A stretch of 63,225 bases of DNA, the filler included, from Octopus bimaculoides (taxonomy: Eukaryota), in NCBI RefSeq assembly GCF_001194135.2. It is 3 parts of 3 records of this genome, joined end to end, with 100 filler letters (N's around TTAATTAATTAA, not from the genome) between each part and the next. Parts side by side here need not be neighbours in the genome. Positions count along the whole stretch, not along the records: positions 31,897 to 53,827 come from NC_068981.1; positions 53,928 to 63,225 come from NC_068983.1; 1 more part is not named here. The stretch is one strand, 5' to 3'. Each line of letters starts with the position of its first letter. The stretch's first letter is position 1. A model generated the notes under the pieces. The model had not been told where the DNA came from. It did not search any database and saw only the letters and a list, made by a program, of their open reading frames with translations. Made by a program: the position numbers and the translations under genes. Positions 49,346-63,153 of this stretch are shown one piece after another.

Positions 49346-49784
49346 ATTTTTCTTTTTACGAACCCTATATTTATAGTCGAGCACAGTACCATTAATTCTT
49401 TCTCTCTCTCTCTGTACATACACACGCATGCCAATACACAACACACAGACACACAGACACACACATATACATACACACACACATAACTCGTAACTTGAGT
49501 TTTACTCCACTACGATCTACAGATGATAGCAGTGGCGTGAAACTCAAGAAATTCAGTCCATATGCGTATTCACATACATGCACGCACACACACGTACGCA
49601 CACACACATACACACACACACGCACACACACATACCACACACATAAGTACTCGTGTCTGTATTTGTATATATGCGAATGTGTATGTGAATATATATATAT
49701 ATATATATATGTTTATATGTAATATATATATATAAACACACACATACACACACATATATATATATATATATATGGAAGTGTGTG

Positions 49785-49845
<61 letters not shown>

Positions 49846-50297
49846 TGTACAGGATTAGAGGTGACTGGGGTTACAAAACAAAACAGCCCATTTAAAATAA
49901 AACACACAGACATACATCTAAGATGTGTTTACAGTGCAGGATAACATGTAATCCGTACCGAACAAAATGAACAGAATAAAAAATACAAAAAGTAAAAAAA
50001 ACACATGTAACCCGATCCTTTGAAATGTACACTGATAAACACTACTGTTGTAATTGACCTTACACTCATTGGTGTCAATATAAGTTTCAGTAGCGTTAGT
50101 AAAGGACATGATATTGCCTCCCGGTCCAAATATACATGGATCTCACTCAATAAGCAACAATGCGAAATCGAACCTCCGTTTGCATATCGTTTGTAATAAT
50201 CATGGTTATTGTTGTCACTGTGACTTTGTGGTGGTTGTGGTGGTGGTGGTGGTGGCGGCGGCGGTGAACTACTTTTGTTGTTAATTATTGTTGTTGA

Positions 50298-50905
50298 ATA
50301 AGGCGCCGAGCTGGTATAATCGCTAGCACACCGGACAAAATACTTAGCAGCCTTTGTCCATCTTCACGTTCTGCGTTCAAACTCCGCCGAAGTCAACTTT
50401 ACCCTTTATCTTTTCGGAGTCGATGAAATAAGTACAAACTGAACACTGGGGTCAATATAATCGATTTAACCCTTCCCACTTGTGCTAAAATTTGAAATCA
50501 TTATTAGGTGATCTACCATACTCGGTAGCACACCGGACAAAATGCTTAGCGGTTTTTCTTCCGCTTCTTTCATTTCTGAATTCAAATTCCGTAGGGTTGA
50601 CTTTGCCTTTCATTTTTTTCGGGGTCAATATAGTAAGTACCAGTCAAGTACTGAGGTCGATATAATCGACTTACCCCTCCTCTCAAAAGATGCTGGCCTT
50701 GTACCAAAACTTGAAACCGAAGGCAGCGAGCTTGAAGGATCGTTAGGACGCCGGATAAAATGCTTAGCACCATTTCTTCCGGTACTTTACGTTCTGAGTT
50801 TAAATTTCATCTTTTGGTGTCAATGATATAATGAGCAGTTGAACAGTGGGATCATGAAATTGAGTAATATCCTTCCCAAAATTTCAGAGCTTCTGCCTAT
50901 TGTAG
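50298..50905 (+). mobile_element. Head-to-tail trimer of SINE family B
   Basis: Heads at ~50300, ~50520 and ~50722, each followed by aaatgcttagc and gttctg.gttcaaa. Confidence 0.8.
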
Positions 50906-51926
50906 AAAGAATCTTATAAAAGTTCTGCTGTCATTACGTTACTTAGCCCGTCGGTAATGCTTTCACGTGATTAGTTGAAGGAAAAGAGAGGAGAAGGAAA
51001 AAGAAGAGAGTAAAAGNNNNNNNNNNNNNNNNNNNNNNNNNNNNNNNNNNNNNNNNNNNNNNNNNNNNNNNNNNNNNNNNNNNNNNNNNNNNNNNNNNNN
51101 NNNNNNNNNNNNNNNNNNNNNNNNNNNNNNNNNNNNNTTACATAGTCAAAAGTGTATCTTTCTTTAATTGGACTAAGTTTTTTATATCACCTATCACTTA
51201 ACGCATGCGCATTGCAATTCCGTGAAATATTCACGCTCATTTACGTGGCAGATATATACTAAAAGTTGTATCATATATACGGTTTATTTTTTTATTTGTT
51301 TATGGGGAAAATGAAAAAAATAAGCGTGAATGTATATTTTATGAGTGCTATGTATTAAGTCTATAAAATTGTGCATTAAGTATATATATATAAAGTTCAT
51401 ATACAAAGCATATTAAGTAATCATCGTATTCCAATTCTTTTCACCTTTCAATGAGCAGCAGATGGGCGACTATCTTTCAAAACAGACACAACACAGTCTA
51501 TGCTTTCAGGTTTTTTGGATAAAGTTTTCAGAAATAACCCAATAGGTTAATTGCATGAAATATTCACGGGTTGCCTTAGTTATTATTATTTCATATACTC
51601 ACAATTGATTAAACTGTTGTTAAGGGAAAATTTCTAACATCGGGTAAAATCAAGTAACATTAGATGCCAAAAACCTTCCTAAGTAACCTAGCTATCGCTA
51701 ATAACACTGTCTTCTGGACCTGCATTAAACTATGGCTATTTCCTCTATCCAGCTGTTCAAATCTTTAGGGATAGTTCCTAATGCATCTATAACTACAGGA
51801 ATACATTTTACCCGCATTTTCCATAGTCTCTGTAACTCAATGGCTAGGTCCTGATACTTGCTATTTTCACTATAGCTCTCATATTAACTTTCTGATCCTC
51901 ATCATCATCATCATCATCATCATTAT

Positions 51927-51972
<46 letters not shown>

Positions 51973-51973
<1 letters not shown>

Positions 51974-52390
51974 AGGCAGTGAGCTGGCAGAATCGTTAGC
52001 ACGACAGGCAAAATACTTCGCGGTATTTCGTCCATCCTTACGTTCTCACTTCAAATTCCGCCGAGGTCGACTTTGCCTTTCATCCTTTCGGGGTCGATGA
52101 AATAAGAACCAGTATAGCACTGGAATCGATGTAATCGACTTATGCCTTCCCCCAAATTTCAAGCCTTGTTCCTATAGTAGAAAGGATTATCATTATTATT
52201 ATTAAGATGGCGGCGAACTGACAAAAACGTCGGAAAAATGCTTAGTGACATATTCTTCCGACTATAATTACTACGATCATATTCCCCCGAGATCGATTTT
52301 ACCTTTCATACTTGTGAGATCGATAAAGTAAGTACCACTTGAGCACTGGGGTCAATGTATTCGATTTCCTTCCCTCCTCCAGATTTCCTG
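51973..52390 (+). mobile_element. Two tandem SINE family B copies following (CAT/ACT)n
   Basis: actactactaaggcagtgagctggcagaatcg...; attattaagatggcggcgaactgac... Confidence 0.8.
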
Positions 52391-52397
52391 TGTCGAT

Positions 52398-52735
52398 AGT
52401 AGGCGCATGGCTCAGTGGTTAGAGCGTCGTGCTCACAATTATAAGGCAGTGAGTTCGATTCCTGGACTGGACTGTGTGTTTAATTCTTGAGCAAGACACT
52501 TTATTTCACGTTGTTCCAGTTCACTCAGCTGTAGAAGTGAGCTGTGACGTCACTGGCGCCAAGCTGTATCGATCTTTGCCTTTCTCTTGGATAACATCGG
52601 TGGTGTGGAGAGGAGAGGCTGGTATGTATGGGTGACTATTGGTCTTCCATAAACAACTTCGCCTGGACTTGTGCCTCGGCAACTTCTAGGTGCAACGCCA
52701 TGGTCATTCATGGCCGAAGAGGGCCTTTACAGTTT
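52398..52735 (+). mobile_element. SINE family E, full length
   Basis: tRNA-like head gtaggcgcatggctcagtggttagagcg...gagttcgattcc, followed by cttgagcaagacactttatttcacgttg. Confidence 0.8.
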
Positions 52736-52766
52736 ACAGAAGAAAGAATTATTATCATTGTTGTTG

Positions 52767-52797
<31 letters not shown>

Positions 52798-53927
52798 CGC
52801 CGCTGCTGCTGCTGCTGCTGCTGTTGTTGTTGTTGTTGTTGTTGTCTATGATGTAAACTATTTTGGTTGCCGCCGCTAGCATTATATCTGTTGTTGTTGC
52901 GGATACTGCTACGATTATGGAAAACGACGACGATNNNNNNNNNNNNNNNNNNNNNNNNNNNNNNNNNNNNNNNNNNNNNNNNNNNNNNNNNNNNNNNNNN
53001 NNNNNNNNNNNNNNNNNNNNNNNNNNNNNNNNNNNNNNNNNNNNNNNNNNNNNNNNNNNNNNNNNNNNNNNNNNNNNNNNNNNNNNNNNNNNNNNNNNNN
53101 NNNNNNNNNNNNNNNNNNNNNNNNNNNNNNNNNNNNNNNNNNNNNNNNNNNNNNNNNNNNNNNNNNNNNNNNNNNNNNNNNNNNNNNNNNNNNNNNNNNN
53201 NNNNNNNNNNNNNNNNNNNNNNNNNNNNNNNNNNNNNNNNNNNNNNNNNNNNNNNNNNNNNNNNNNNNNNNNNNNNNNNNNNNNNNNNNNNNNNNNNNNN
53301 NNNNNNNNNNNNNNNNNNNNNNNNNNNNNNNNNNNNNNNNNNNNNNNNNNNTATATATATATATATATATATATATATTTGATATCATTACAAATGAAAA
53401 TTGTCTCCTTTGATGTCATGCTAGAATTACTTTGCAAAGTCATTTTATGGCAATACCTGCCGCTATCTATTTCTCCAGTTTGTATACCTGCCCACTGTTC
53501 CCTACACATACATGCATGCATACATACATACATAAATACATACATACATACATACATATGTGTGTGTGTGTGTGTATGTATGCACATATATGTATGTATA
53601 AAATGTATGCGTTTTTTGTAAACGCATTTGTTTAGATATAGATATATATATATACAGAGAGAGAGAGAGAGGTAGGTAGGTAGGTAGGTAGGTAGATAGA
53701 TAGATAGATAGATACATACATTTCTTTTATTAGCCACACAGGGCTCAACGAAGATGGGACAATGTAGAGCTTTTCTTTTTGGGAGGGGGAAGGAAAAAAA
53801 GGGGGGGTCGATCAAAAGGGATCGTAGNNNNNNNNNNNNNNNNNNNNNNNNNNNNNNNNNNNNNNNNNNNNTTAATTAATTAANNNNNNNNNNNNNNNNN
53901 NNNNNNNNNNNNNNNNNNNNNNNNNNN

Positions 53928-53961
53928 AGAGTTCGATTCCAAGCAGTGACCTGAATAATAC

Positions 53962-54015
<54 letters not shown>

Positions 54016-54165
54016 CAACAACAACAACATCGAAAAATACCTTAGGAATGAGAACCCAGGTTCGAAATTTCCCCAAGACACTCGAAGAAGGCTGGAGGGT
54101 ATATCAGCCGAAATGTTGTGTTAACAACAAACAAGACGAATGTAAATAATGTAAATAATGTATTA
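53928..54165 (+). mobile_element. Second locus of the tRNA-headed hammerhead element (core mutated)
   Basis: gagttcgattccaagcagtgacctg(aat)n...aaaaataccttaggaatgagaacccagg...gacac-TCGAAGA-aggctggagggtatatcagcc-GAAA-tgtt-gtgtt...aatgtaaataatgtaaat. Confidence 0.8.
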
Positions 54166-54374
54166 ATGCAGATTATCTTGAAGTGAATACATGACCAACA
54201 CAGAAGGTGTTGATTACAGTTTCAGTTAAAGGAAGAGGCTTTACACTGAGCAGGTTGCTAAGCAAAAAGTGAGAGCATAATTTTAATAGTGCAAGTATTA
54301 ACGATCAAGCAGAGGAGTAAATGGAGCGACTGCAAATCGCTGCACATATATAAGATCAATCTCTTGCATACATA

Positions 54375-54425
<51 letters not shown>

Positions 54426-54581
54426 CTCTCTCTCACACACCCACACGCACACAATACCAATGCTGATATGTATCAAGTTAGTAGAAGAGAAACGATATTA
54501 ACCTGATCACAAAAATTACAAAACGCGATATGATGTGAGATCCAACAAAAAATATAAAAAACAAAAAACTAAAGAATAAAC

Positions 54582-54930
54582 AGGCACAGGACTGGCTGTA
54601 TGGTAAGTAGGTTGCTTACCAACCACATGGTTCCGGTTTCAGCCCCACAGCGTGGCACCTTGGGCAAGCGTTTTCTACTAGAGTCTCGGGCCGACCAAAG
54701 CCTTGTGTGTGTTTTTGTGTCTGTGTTTGTCTCCCCAACATCGCTTGACAGCCGATGCTAGTGTGTTTATGTCCCCGTAACTTCGCGGTTCGGCAAAAGA
54801 GACCGATAGAATAAGTACTAGGCTTACAAAGAATAAGTCCTGGGGTCGATTTGCTCGACTAAAGGCGGTGCTCCACCATGGCCACAGTCAAATGACTGAA
54901 ACAAGTAAAACAAAAAAAAAAGAGTAAAAG
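54582..54930 (+). mobile_element. SINE family A (linker shortened)
   Basis: ggcacaggactggctgtatggtaag...ggcggtgctccaccatggccacagtcaaatgactgaaacaagtaaaa. Confidence 0.9.
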
Positions 54931-55559
54931 AGAACTGGTAAGGGATGAGGAAACAAATATCTACCAGGAATAGAAACCCAACTAGAGAATAACATTGAAA
55001 CAAAAGTAAGATAGATATATTCAGAACGGGCTCGAAACCGATAGAATGCAATGAGACAAAACTGATAGAAGGCCTAGAATATATTAAAGAAAATAGGTGT
55101 ATTAAGCAATAGCAAGTGAGAAGAGCTAGAAATAATTTTTAGGCGCCTCTTAGCATTGGGTAATGGATATAATCTACCCACATTCCAATTTCGAAAACTT
55201 CGTTGGGGATCATTAAACCGCTGCAAATGCAACAAATGAAGAACATTAACGTTCCGCTGGAAAATTTGGAGGATTATGCACTTGAACTGAGAGTGATATT
55301 TAACGATAATTAGCAAAGAGTATTGAAATACTAGAAGCATATCGAAATCAATAATTATACCTTTCCCTTGGCATCTTTTAGAGCAAATATCCCTCTACCA
55401 CCAGGACCGTACTGTTACCAATTACTAGATCAAACATACCACTACGTGTGTAATGTTCAACTCCGAAGAGAATAATCACTTAATGACAAGTTTACATTAG
55501 CTTTACATGCTTAACGGAAATGGTGACGATATGGGTACGAGTCATGTGTTTCAAAATAA

Positions 55560-55800
55560 AAACACTCAGTTATGAAACTAATACAAGGTGTTAATGCCAA
55601 CGAAATCATGAGAATGATGGAACAAAAGAATAGAGCACCTCAAAAAAAGTTCAACCACGTAGAATATTTATGCAATTAACATCACATTCAGATCCTAGAC
55701 AATACATCAATTATAAAGATAATGTTACTGGAATGTGTATGGAAAAGGACGGAAAGCTACTAGAAAATCGAGAGACAGTTATATAGGAATGATAAGTGTA
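55560..55800 (+). mobile_element. Possible, very old LINE ORF2 remnant (endonuclease-RT linker)
   Basis: RMMEQKNR ... DPRQYINYKDNVTGMCMEKDGKLLENRETVI weakly resembles the ME.RR...KD.DG.LL....I region of RTE-type ORF2. Confidence 0.3.
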
Positions 55801-55812
55801 TCCTAAGTATAT

Positions 55813-55932
55813 CGGCGCAGGTGAGGTTGTGTGGTAAGAAGCTTGCTTCCCAACCATATGGTTCCGGATTCAGTCCCACTCCGTGGCACCTTGGCAGAGT
55901 GTCTTTTAGTATAGCCTCGGGCCGACCAAAGC

Positions 55933-55935
<3 letters not shown>
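55813..55935 (+). mobile_element. SINE family A, 5' half ending in (GA)n
   Basis: ggcgcaggtgaggttgtgtggtaag...tatagcctcgggccgaccaaagccttg. Confidence 0.85.
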
Positions 55936-55980
<45 letters not shown>

Positions 55981-56749
55981 TGACGCATGACCACGTTATG
56001 TTTTGTGCATTATATACAATCGTATATAATACTGGCGAAAGTTAACTGAAGCATAACTCCATTAGTCACCTATTGCTTTGCAAATAGTTTTTACAACGCA
56101 GCGTTTGACAAGAACTTCGCATTTTTAATTCTCAGGAATCCCTTCCATACAAAAACTCCGATATCACTGTCAAACCTCATGCTATACATACATATAAACT
56201 TACATAAATATATGTATGCTTATAATCTACGTGTCAAAATGATATATAAGGACAAAAATAACAAAAATAACGAGACTAGGAATAACCATAATCAACACTA
56301 ATCTACATTTTAGAGAAAATGGTATCCAATGATACGATCAGGAAATCAATCACGTATATGTTTATTGATCCTGTCAAACACCAGTTTCTACTTTTTCCAT
56401 TTGCAATGTGTATTCATTGTATTCATTTTTTCTATGCTATTCTACATTTGATTTATTCCGATAGGGAAATGGAAGTTGTTCGTTTGTTTTCAATCTACCT
56501 ATCTATCTGCAGGTTTTATTTTACATTTTCCATCATGTTAAAGAATTCTATGAATGGAAAAGTGAGTGTATGTTATTATGTTACAACTAGTCAAAACAAA
56601 TAAGCAAAATCAGAAAGAAAATATCGTGTTTGAGTTCGGGCATACACACACCGCGCCTTCCACAAAATATTAACATACTCAGTTATACAATATACAGTCA
56701 TATATATTTGTATTCTCAATTGGAAATTGGAATTCATTTTTACCAAGTA

Positions 56750-57841
56750 CTGGCTGGGAAATAAAAATGTTCAAAGGGGAAAAATACTTATTTTGCTCTC
56801 ACTATCTTTTATGCAACCATTCACCCTTTAAATATGAAGAAGGTTTTGTGTATTATTATTGTCCTAGGTATCGAAGTTTAAATTCACGTTGATCCAATTT
56901 TGTTGTTACATGTCGTATCTTTTCAAAAGTAGTTCATATACCGCTAAAAGGGCAATTTATGTTTTTGACGGACAGGCTCCATTGATATTTTCAACCGCCT
57001 GATTTTATTTTTTATTACTATATTCGTCAGCAATATAAAAATGTAGCTGAGTACCAAAACGCAGCATATTATCCAGACAATATCATATCACTATTATTTT
57101 CCAATTTTACATTCATCAGTCGGGTTCAATGCCTTCATCGTTATTCGTTGTTATTTCTTTATTTTCTTAGTCATTTCCCATCCGTCAGGCTCAGACATAC
57201 AAGAGTATGAAAAGAAAGTAACTCAAAGGAATTTACTTACATTTGACAATGATGTGTACAATATTTTCAATTCTTGATTCGCTTAGCCGTTTGTAATCAG
57301 CTGATGATTTCTCTCTTTTGCGAAGGAGATTAATAGGGATTTTCCTCTGTTAGATTGCAGTTGAGGGAACGTTCAAGGCGAGATGCTATGAATATGTCGA
57401 TTATTCCAATCATGTTTTCTGCTGGGGAGGTTCTTCCTTCTGCTGTATTTGCACTTATTTCCAAGTATTCATGTGCCCATATCCACAAAAGCTAGCAAAT
57501 TCAGATTGTAAGACTTTTTTTGTTTGTTATTCTGCAAGTAAATTAGGTATCCTAATAGCGTTTTCAATTCCTCGTTCGTAAACGTGTGCAAGGCAGTCTC
57601 TAACAGATTTACGTAGATGCCAGAGCTGATTTGGTTCCAATTCCAGTCTCATATGATGTTAACACAAGCTTAAGGCTGGCGGCTTGCTTCTGCAGAAGAC
57701 GAGACTGCGACAATGACTCGAGGCGCATAACACATGCACACACTCCTTCCCGGCCAGTATGGCGACTACGACCTTCCATGCACGACATATGAGCATATAT
57801 GTGTTTCTGTGTCCGTGTATCTGTATACATGTATGTGTACA

Positions 57842-57894
<53 letters not shown>

Positions 57895-60500
57895 ACACAG
57901 ACACACACACTCTCACACATATATATTACAAATATAGCTTAAGTTGAAAATTCACAGAAAATATACAGAGATTAACTTAGAATTTTAAATATATCTACCT
58001 ACGCTTAACTCGTTTCACATTTGCTGATCTTTCAAAAATATGTTATGAGGAACGTGGAGTGTGTCTTGGATATTTCGTGAAAGTAACCGTTCATTAACTT
58101 CTCAGTGAACTGGCTCATTTTCCGTTTCTTCTTTTTTTCCAGTAATAAGAATTTACCTACCCTTTTTAGAGACAGACTTGCACCACCACTTATTCCGTGT
58201 CCCTCCTTAACTTCGTTCGTTGTTCTAATGTTTTTTATTGATTCTGAGCTTACAAATTTGAGCAAGATAGTTACTGGTGTATTTTCTCGAGGATGCATAA
58301 ACTGTCTACGTCGCGATTAATGTTGAAATTTCCAGTAACACTGACTACCTTTTTTTTTTTTTACTTTATTGAGGAGTTGCAGTGACCTGTTTAGAAGAAC
58401 AAATGTGGTTGGTAAGAGAGAGTCTGCAAATATTGTGGGCTATATGCTTATTTAAGCTGAAATTTCAAACGAACATATTTTTACCACTTTTGAGATACTC
58501 ATTTCTTGTCCTTGCCTTATTGATAGGTCCTTCATGGCTGACAATTTCGCTCTTTCCAAGATACTTATAAATTTTACCAGCGAATACATGCTATGTTTCT
58601 TGGTTATTCAAGTTTAATGCTTTGGGAATGGACTTTACTTCACAAAAAAATGCACATTTGCACTTAGGAAATTTCGCTTCATTCTCTGTAAAGAATGTTG
58701 GTTATGAGATCAGCTTAAGTTTTGATTTCGTCCATGCTTGGTTTATACAGTTTCTGGTTATCAACAAAGGAAAGGTGAGAGACGATAATGGACCCATTAC
58801 TGTAGCTGCTATATTTTGTGATCAGGTATGATTGGGTGCGTAATGAAAGAACTAGGAAATACTGGCAAGTTATTGCGTTAAAATATAACTTTCTGGCAGT
58901 GTATTGTTTTGCATAGAGCATTTTCATTGTCACGTCTGAGGAATAAGGAATGGTATCAGTTATCAATAATGCGGTGGATGGTAGATACTTGTGGAAGTGG
59001 CATTTTGATTAATTACATTGCTTTGGTACTCCACTCATCAGGTGTAATATAAAAGACTTTCTTGTCTAGTCACACAGTAGTCAAGATTTTGCAACTCTTA
59101 GTTCTTTTTGTTGCACATTTGTTTTCTAAACTCCACAGTTTTTCTTTCACCTAGTTTTCCAGGAGATATAATATTTTTTTGGGTACAATCATTTTGTAAA
59201 AAGGCACAAACCTTGAGACATACCATGTGCATAGTAGTTTCAGGTACACTATGTGCATCTTGCATATGTTTTGCTGGCTATTGAGCGATAATAATTAGTT
59301 TCGGTGGTTTGACGTTTTGGAAAAGACATGAAAGGTGATGGTGGTTGGTAACCACTTGGGAACGTTTAACATGTCATTTATACTCTTCCCGTATTATATC
59401 TCACCAACAGAAGTTGAGATTTGTGAATCAATATTTTATAAAATCTGAGCTTGGAGATTTCCACTTTTGTAATTTTTCAAGACCCTCTCTAGTACTGTAC
59501 CGTCGATTTCGTAAGGCTTTTTTCAGCAGGCTTCCAGGATCCCTGTTCTAACCCATTCATCCATTCAGCGTCGTTTCCGTTCTTATTTTGATCTCCTGTA
59601 ACATTAAGCTTTTTCTGTTGATAGGATGCTTTTTTTAACAAAAAGATATGTTATTTTGTTGAAGCTACGATAGACTTACCTGGGATTTCCAGCTCAGTTA
59701 ATCGCATGTGTACGCAATATATGTTGTACTTGCTGAGGCTTTTGACATGTCGATCACTGTTTGATATATCACAACTACATAACAACAGCATAGTCGAAAA
59801 TCTAGAATATTTTAAAGATAAAATTCAGGTAACTGTAGCCAAAGTGTCCGTTCCGAAGAAACATAATTTCTAAGCTTAGTGCGCCAGGAATCTATTCTGG
59901 GATCACTAATCTTTGTAGTAAGCCTCGCAGTCTTCCAGACAAAACAAAATCCTGATGAAAATTCCATAACATTCCAGGCAATGTGAAAGCAATTTACATG
60001 TTGTTTGAAGAACAACATATAAATCAATTCCAAGCGTTCTACTACTGGACCAAAACAGATTGCAATCGGAAACACACAAGAGATACAGGACCAAAACTAT
60101 TGCAATCCCAGTGTCACAATGAGTGCATGATATGGAAGTTCATATTTCTATGATGGTATATTTCTACGTGCAGTTTGGTTTAGATTTCAATTCAATCAAA
60201 ATATGAAAATTATAAACCAGTTGGTCTAAACATTGCTCCTAATTATTGTTACATACAGCATCAAAGAAACTGTGTTGCTCAGGAAAATCGGATGTTGTTG
60301 TACTAGGAACATTATTTCAGGGATAAACAGCTGATGTTCCAATCCCAAGATGGAAGACGCGAAAGATAAGTATTGGTATATATTTAAATGTTGGAGGGTT
60401 TAGGGCTTCATGCCAACCTCAGAAGAGGATGCCACAATATAGTACCAAAAGTCCTAAAGACTTCATCTAGAGTAAGGACTCAACACTGTACTGTCTGTAT
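56750..60500 (-). mobile_element. Heavily decayed, near full-length Dong/R4-like LINE
   Basis: Minus-strand motifs in the expected order: NDAEWMNGLE (~59560), KLQKWKSPSSDF (~59445-59475; cf. WKSPG.D), PKWLPTTITF (~59345), VSHLSFVDNQKLY (~58745-58785; cf. ISHLLYMDD.KLY), KYLG (~58560), RLSESRIENIVHIIVKC (~57245-57290; cf. CRLC...ETI.HI..GC). Many stops and frameshifts. The ends are approximate. Confidence 0.7.
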
Positions 60501-62427
60501 TGACTTAAGGTCTAAGGGCGAAAAGCATGCCAAAAGACATCGGGTGTTTATGACACATAAATGCGGATGTATTTTAAAATATTAGACAAATTTTTATCAG
60601 ATGTACCAGAAGAGTCCACATCTTAGCAAGTAACGGAAATGAGAGCTGTTTTCTTTAACCTCTTCATTCTCAAAACCAAACTAAAAGAGATGTGCAGAAA
60701 TAAAATGAAATAGACTAATGATCACACTTAAGTTGTAGCGCACTCACAGCCTCGGGCTAAAAGAAGTGAAAAATCTGGAAGTAATAGTAAAGATATATAT
60801 ATATCGTTATATGATGGAAGCGACTGTAATTTCACAGTTTCAAAGTGATCTGCTGTTCAGGCAGTTACGTTGATGTAACCATAATCCTTCTCAGTTAATT
60901 AAAGAAAACACAATTCACACTATCGAATGACTTTTTCTGGTATTCAACTTTTGTTTTGTTGTTTGTTATATATTGATTCATTATGTATTAAATAAATACA
61001 TATAGATATGCATGCAAATGTTTAATAATTTAAAATACGTACACGCACGCACGCACACGCGTACACTCACAAAGACACACATTTACGAAGTCTTTAAACA
61101 TTTATATCAAATCACAATAAAAAATAAAATCTGAATATTATAGAAGATTATTTATGCAACTATACACCAGAATAAGTATGTTGCTACAAAGTGTTTCTCT
61201 GAATATCTCACATATTGCATGCAAACAGAATATTAAGAAAACATATACATGTACAATACCACCACCCACCACCAACAACAACAACACCACCAAAAGCGAG
61301 ACATATACGCAAGTACTCTCGCGCTCACATTCTACGCAATACATATATTTCAAAGCTATGTTCATACGCAATTGGCCAAACGCAGAGAAAATGTTTACTT
61401 TTAATTTTACATTTTCCTCAAGCATTCCATTGAATGCTTTTACCTACTTAAAACTAAGTTGTATCTAGCTACTTGAGATAGAGAGGATGTGCAAAATAAA
61501 ATACTATATTTACAACGTCAACCACAGTATAATAAAACATTAAAATCATTTTTGGAAATGATTGTAATGTATTTCTGTATTTTCTTGACATTATATATAC
61601 ATTTCAGTATATTTTTATTTTAAATTTCTTTTGTTGATTTGCTCAAATATATTCGTTGAAATTATTCGGCAAGTTGTTTATCACTTCATTGCAGTAATGG
61701 ATTTATCTCCATCCAAATACTTACGAAGTTGAAAGGATGGTTTATTGATCAATATTTTGTTATGTTTTCATTTGTTTGATTCTTGCCTAAATATATTTAG
61801 AATTTTATTGACATTACTTGTGAATTTCTGTAGCTTCATCCTTGACAATGAGAGAGAGTTAGTATAAATTGCAAAATTGTGTTATTCTAATATTTCCCTA
61901 TATTAAATGTAAAAAAAGAAAATGTTCGATTTTAATATAGCTCTCATACCAAATCTTTCTCTCTCTCTTTTAAAAACACACATGCACACACACAAACACG
62001 CACACATACACGCACACACAAACACGCATAAATATATGCATACACGAATACACAAATGCTCCGTACTTATACATACAGACGTGCGTATATGTGCATCTAT
62101 CTGTGTACGTATATATATATATATATATATATATATNNNNNNNNNNNNNNNNNNNNNNNNNNNNNNNNNNNNNNNNNNNNNNNNNNNNNNNNNNNNNNNN
62201 NNNNNNNNNNNNNNNNNNNNNNNNNNNNNNNNNNNNNNNNNNNNNNNNNNNNNNNNNNNNNNNNNNNNNNNNNNNNNNNNNNNNNNNNNNNNNNNNNNNN
62301 NNNNNNNNNNNNNNNNNNNNNNNNNNNNNNNNNNNNNNNNNNNNNNNNNNNNNNNNNNNNNNNNNNNNNNNNNNNNNNNNNNNNNNNNNNNNNNNNNNNN
62401 NNNNNNNNNNNNNNNNNNNNNNNNNNN

Positions 62428-62459
<32 letters not shown>

Positions 62460-62885
62460 CATTTATATATTTATACATGTAAAGATACACACACGGCCAA
62501 CCACACAAATGTATATATTATGCATGCTAATTTATATATAATGTAAATGGAAATCACATGAGCAGAAATAATTCTACCCATTTTGTATTTGAAGTTTTCG
62601 ATGCACAAAATATAACTAAAATTTGTAAACTCTGCGTCTTTAGTATCGAAATAGTGGTTGATGTAGTGAACCTAACAATCGTTGGATATATAAACGTAAC
62701 AAGGTTTTAGGATTTAATTGTATATTGTGAACTTCAACAAAAAACGAAAATCGAATGACACTCTTGTGTGTGTCTGTATGCGTTACCATAGAGACGCACA
62801 CATGTCCTGCCGAGAGGATTCGATTATATCATCAGAATATTCGGCGATTTCACTATACGTACCAAAGGAGAATAAAATTCGATTA

Positions 62886-62944
<59 letters not shown>

Positions 62945-62947
<3 letters not shown>

Positions 62948-63085
62948 GTTTCAGTGCCCAACTGGTATCTATTTTTTCGACCCGAAACGAATGAAAGTTA
63001 GTCAACCTCGGCGGAATTTGAGCGGATATGTGGAGACAGACGAAAGCATCTTGTCCGGCGTGCTAAGGATACTGCCACCTCCTCG
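62945..63085 (-). mobile_element. SINE family B fragment between (ACT)n and (AAT)n
   Basis: cgacccgaaacgaatgaaagttagtcaacctcggcggaatttga...gcgtgctaaggatactgccacc. Confidence 0.8.
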
Positions 63086-63107
63086 CATCAATAATAATAA
63101 TAATAAC

Positions 63108-63151
<44 letters not shown>

Positions 63152-63153
<2 letters not shown>

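Noticed and set aside
59735-59760. IDMSKA reading as RT motif A on the minus strand
   Set aside because: It lies upstream of the WKSP and P.WL motifs, out of order for the Dong ORF, and lacks the FD; treated as chance.
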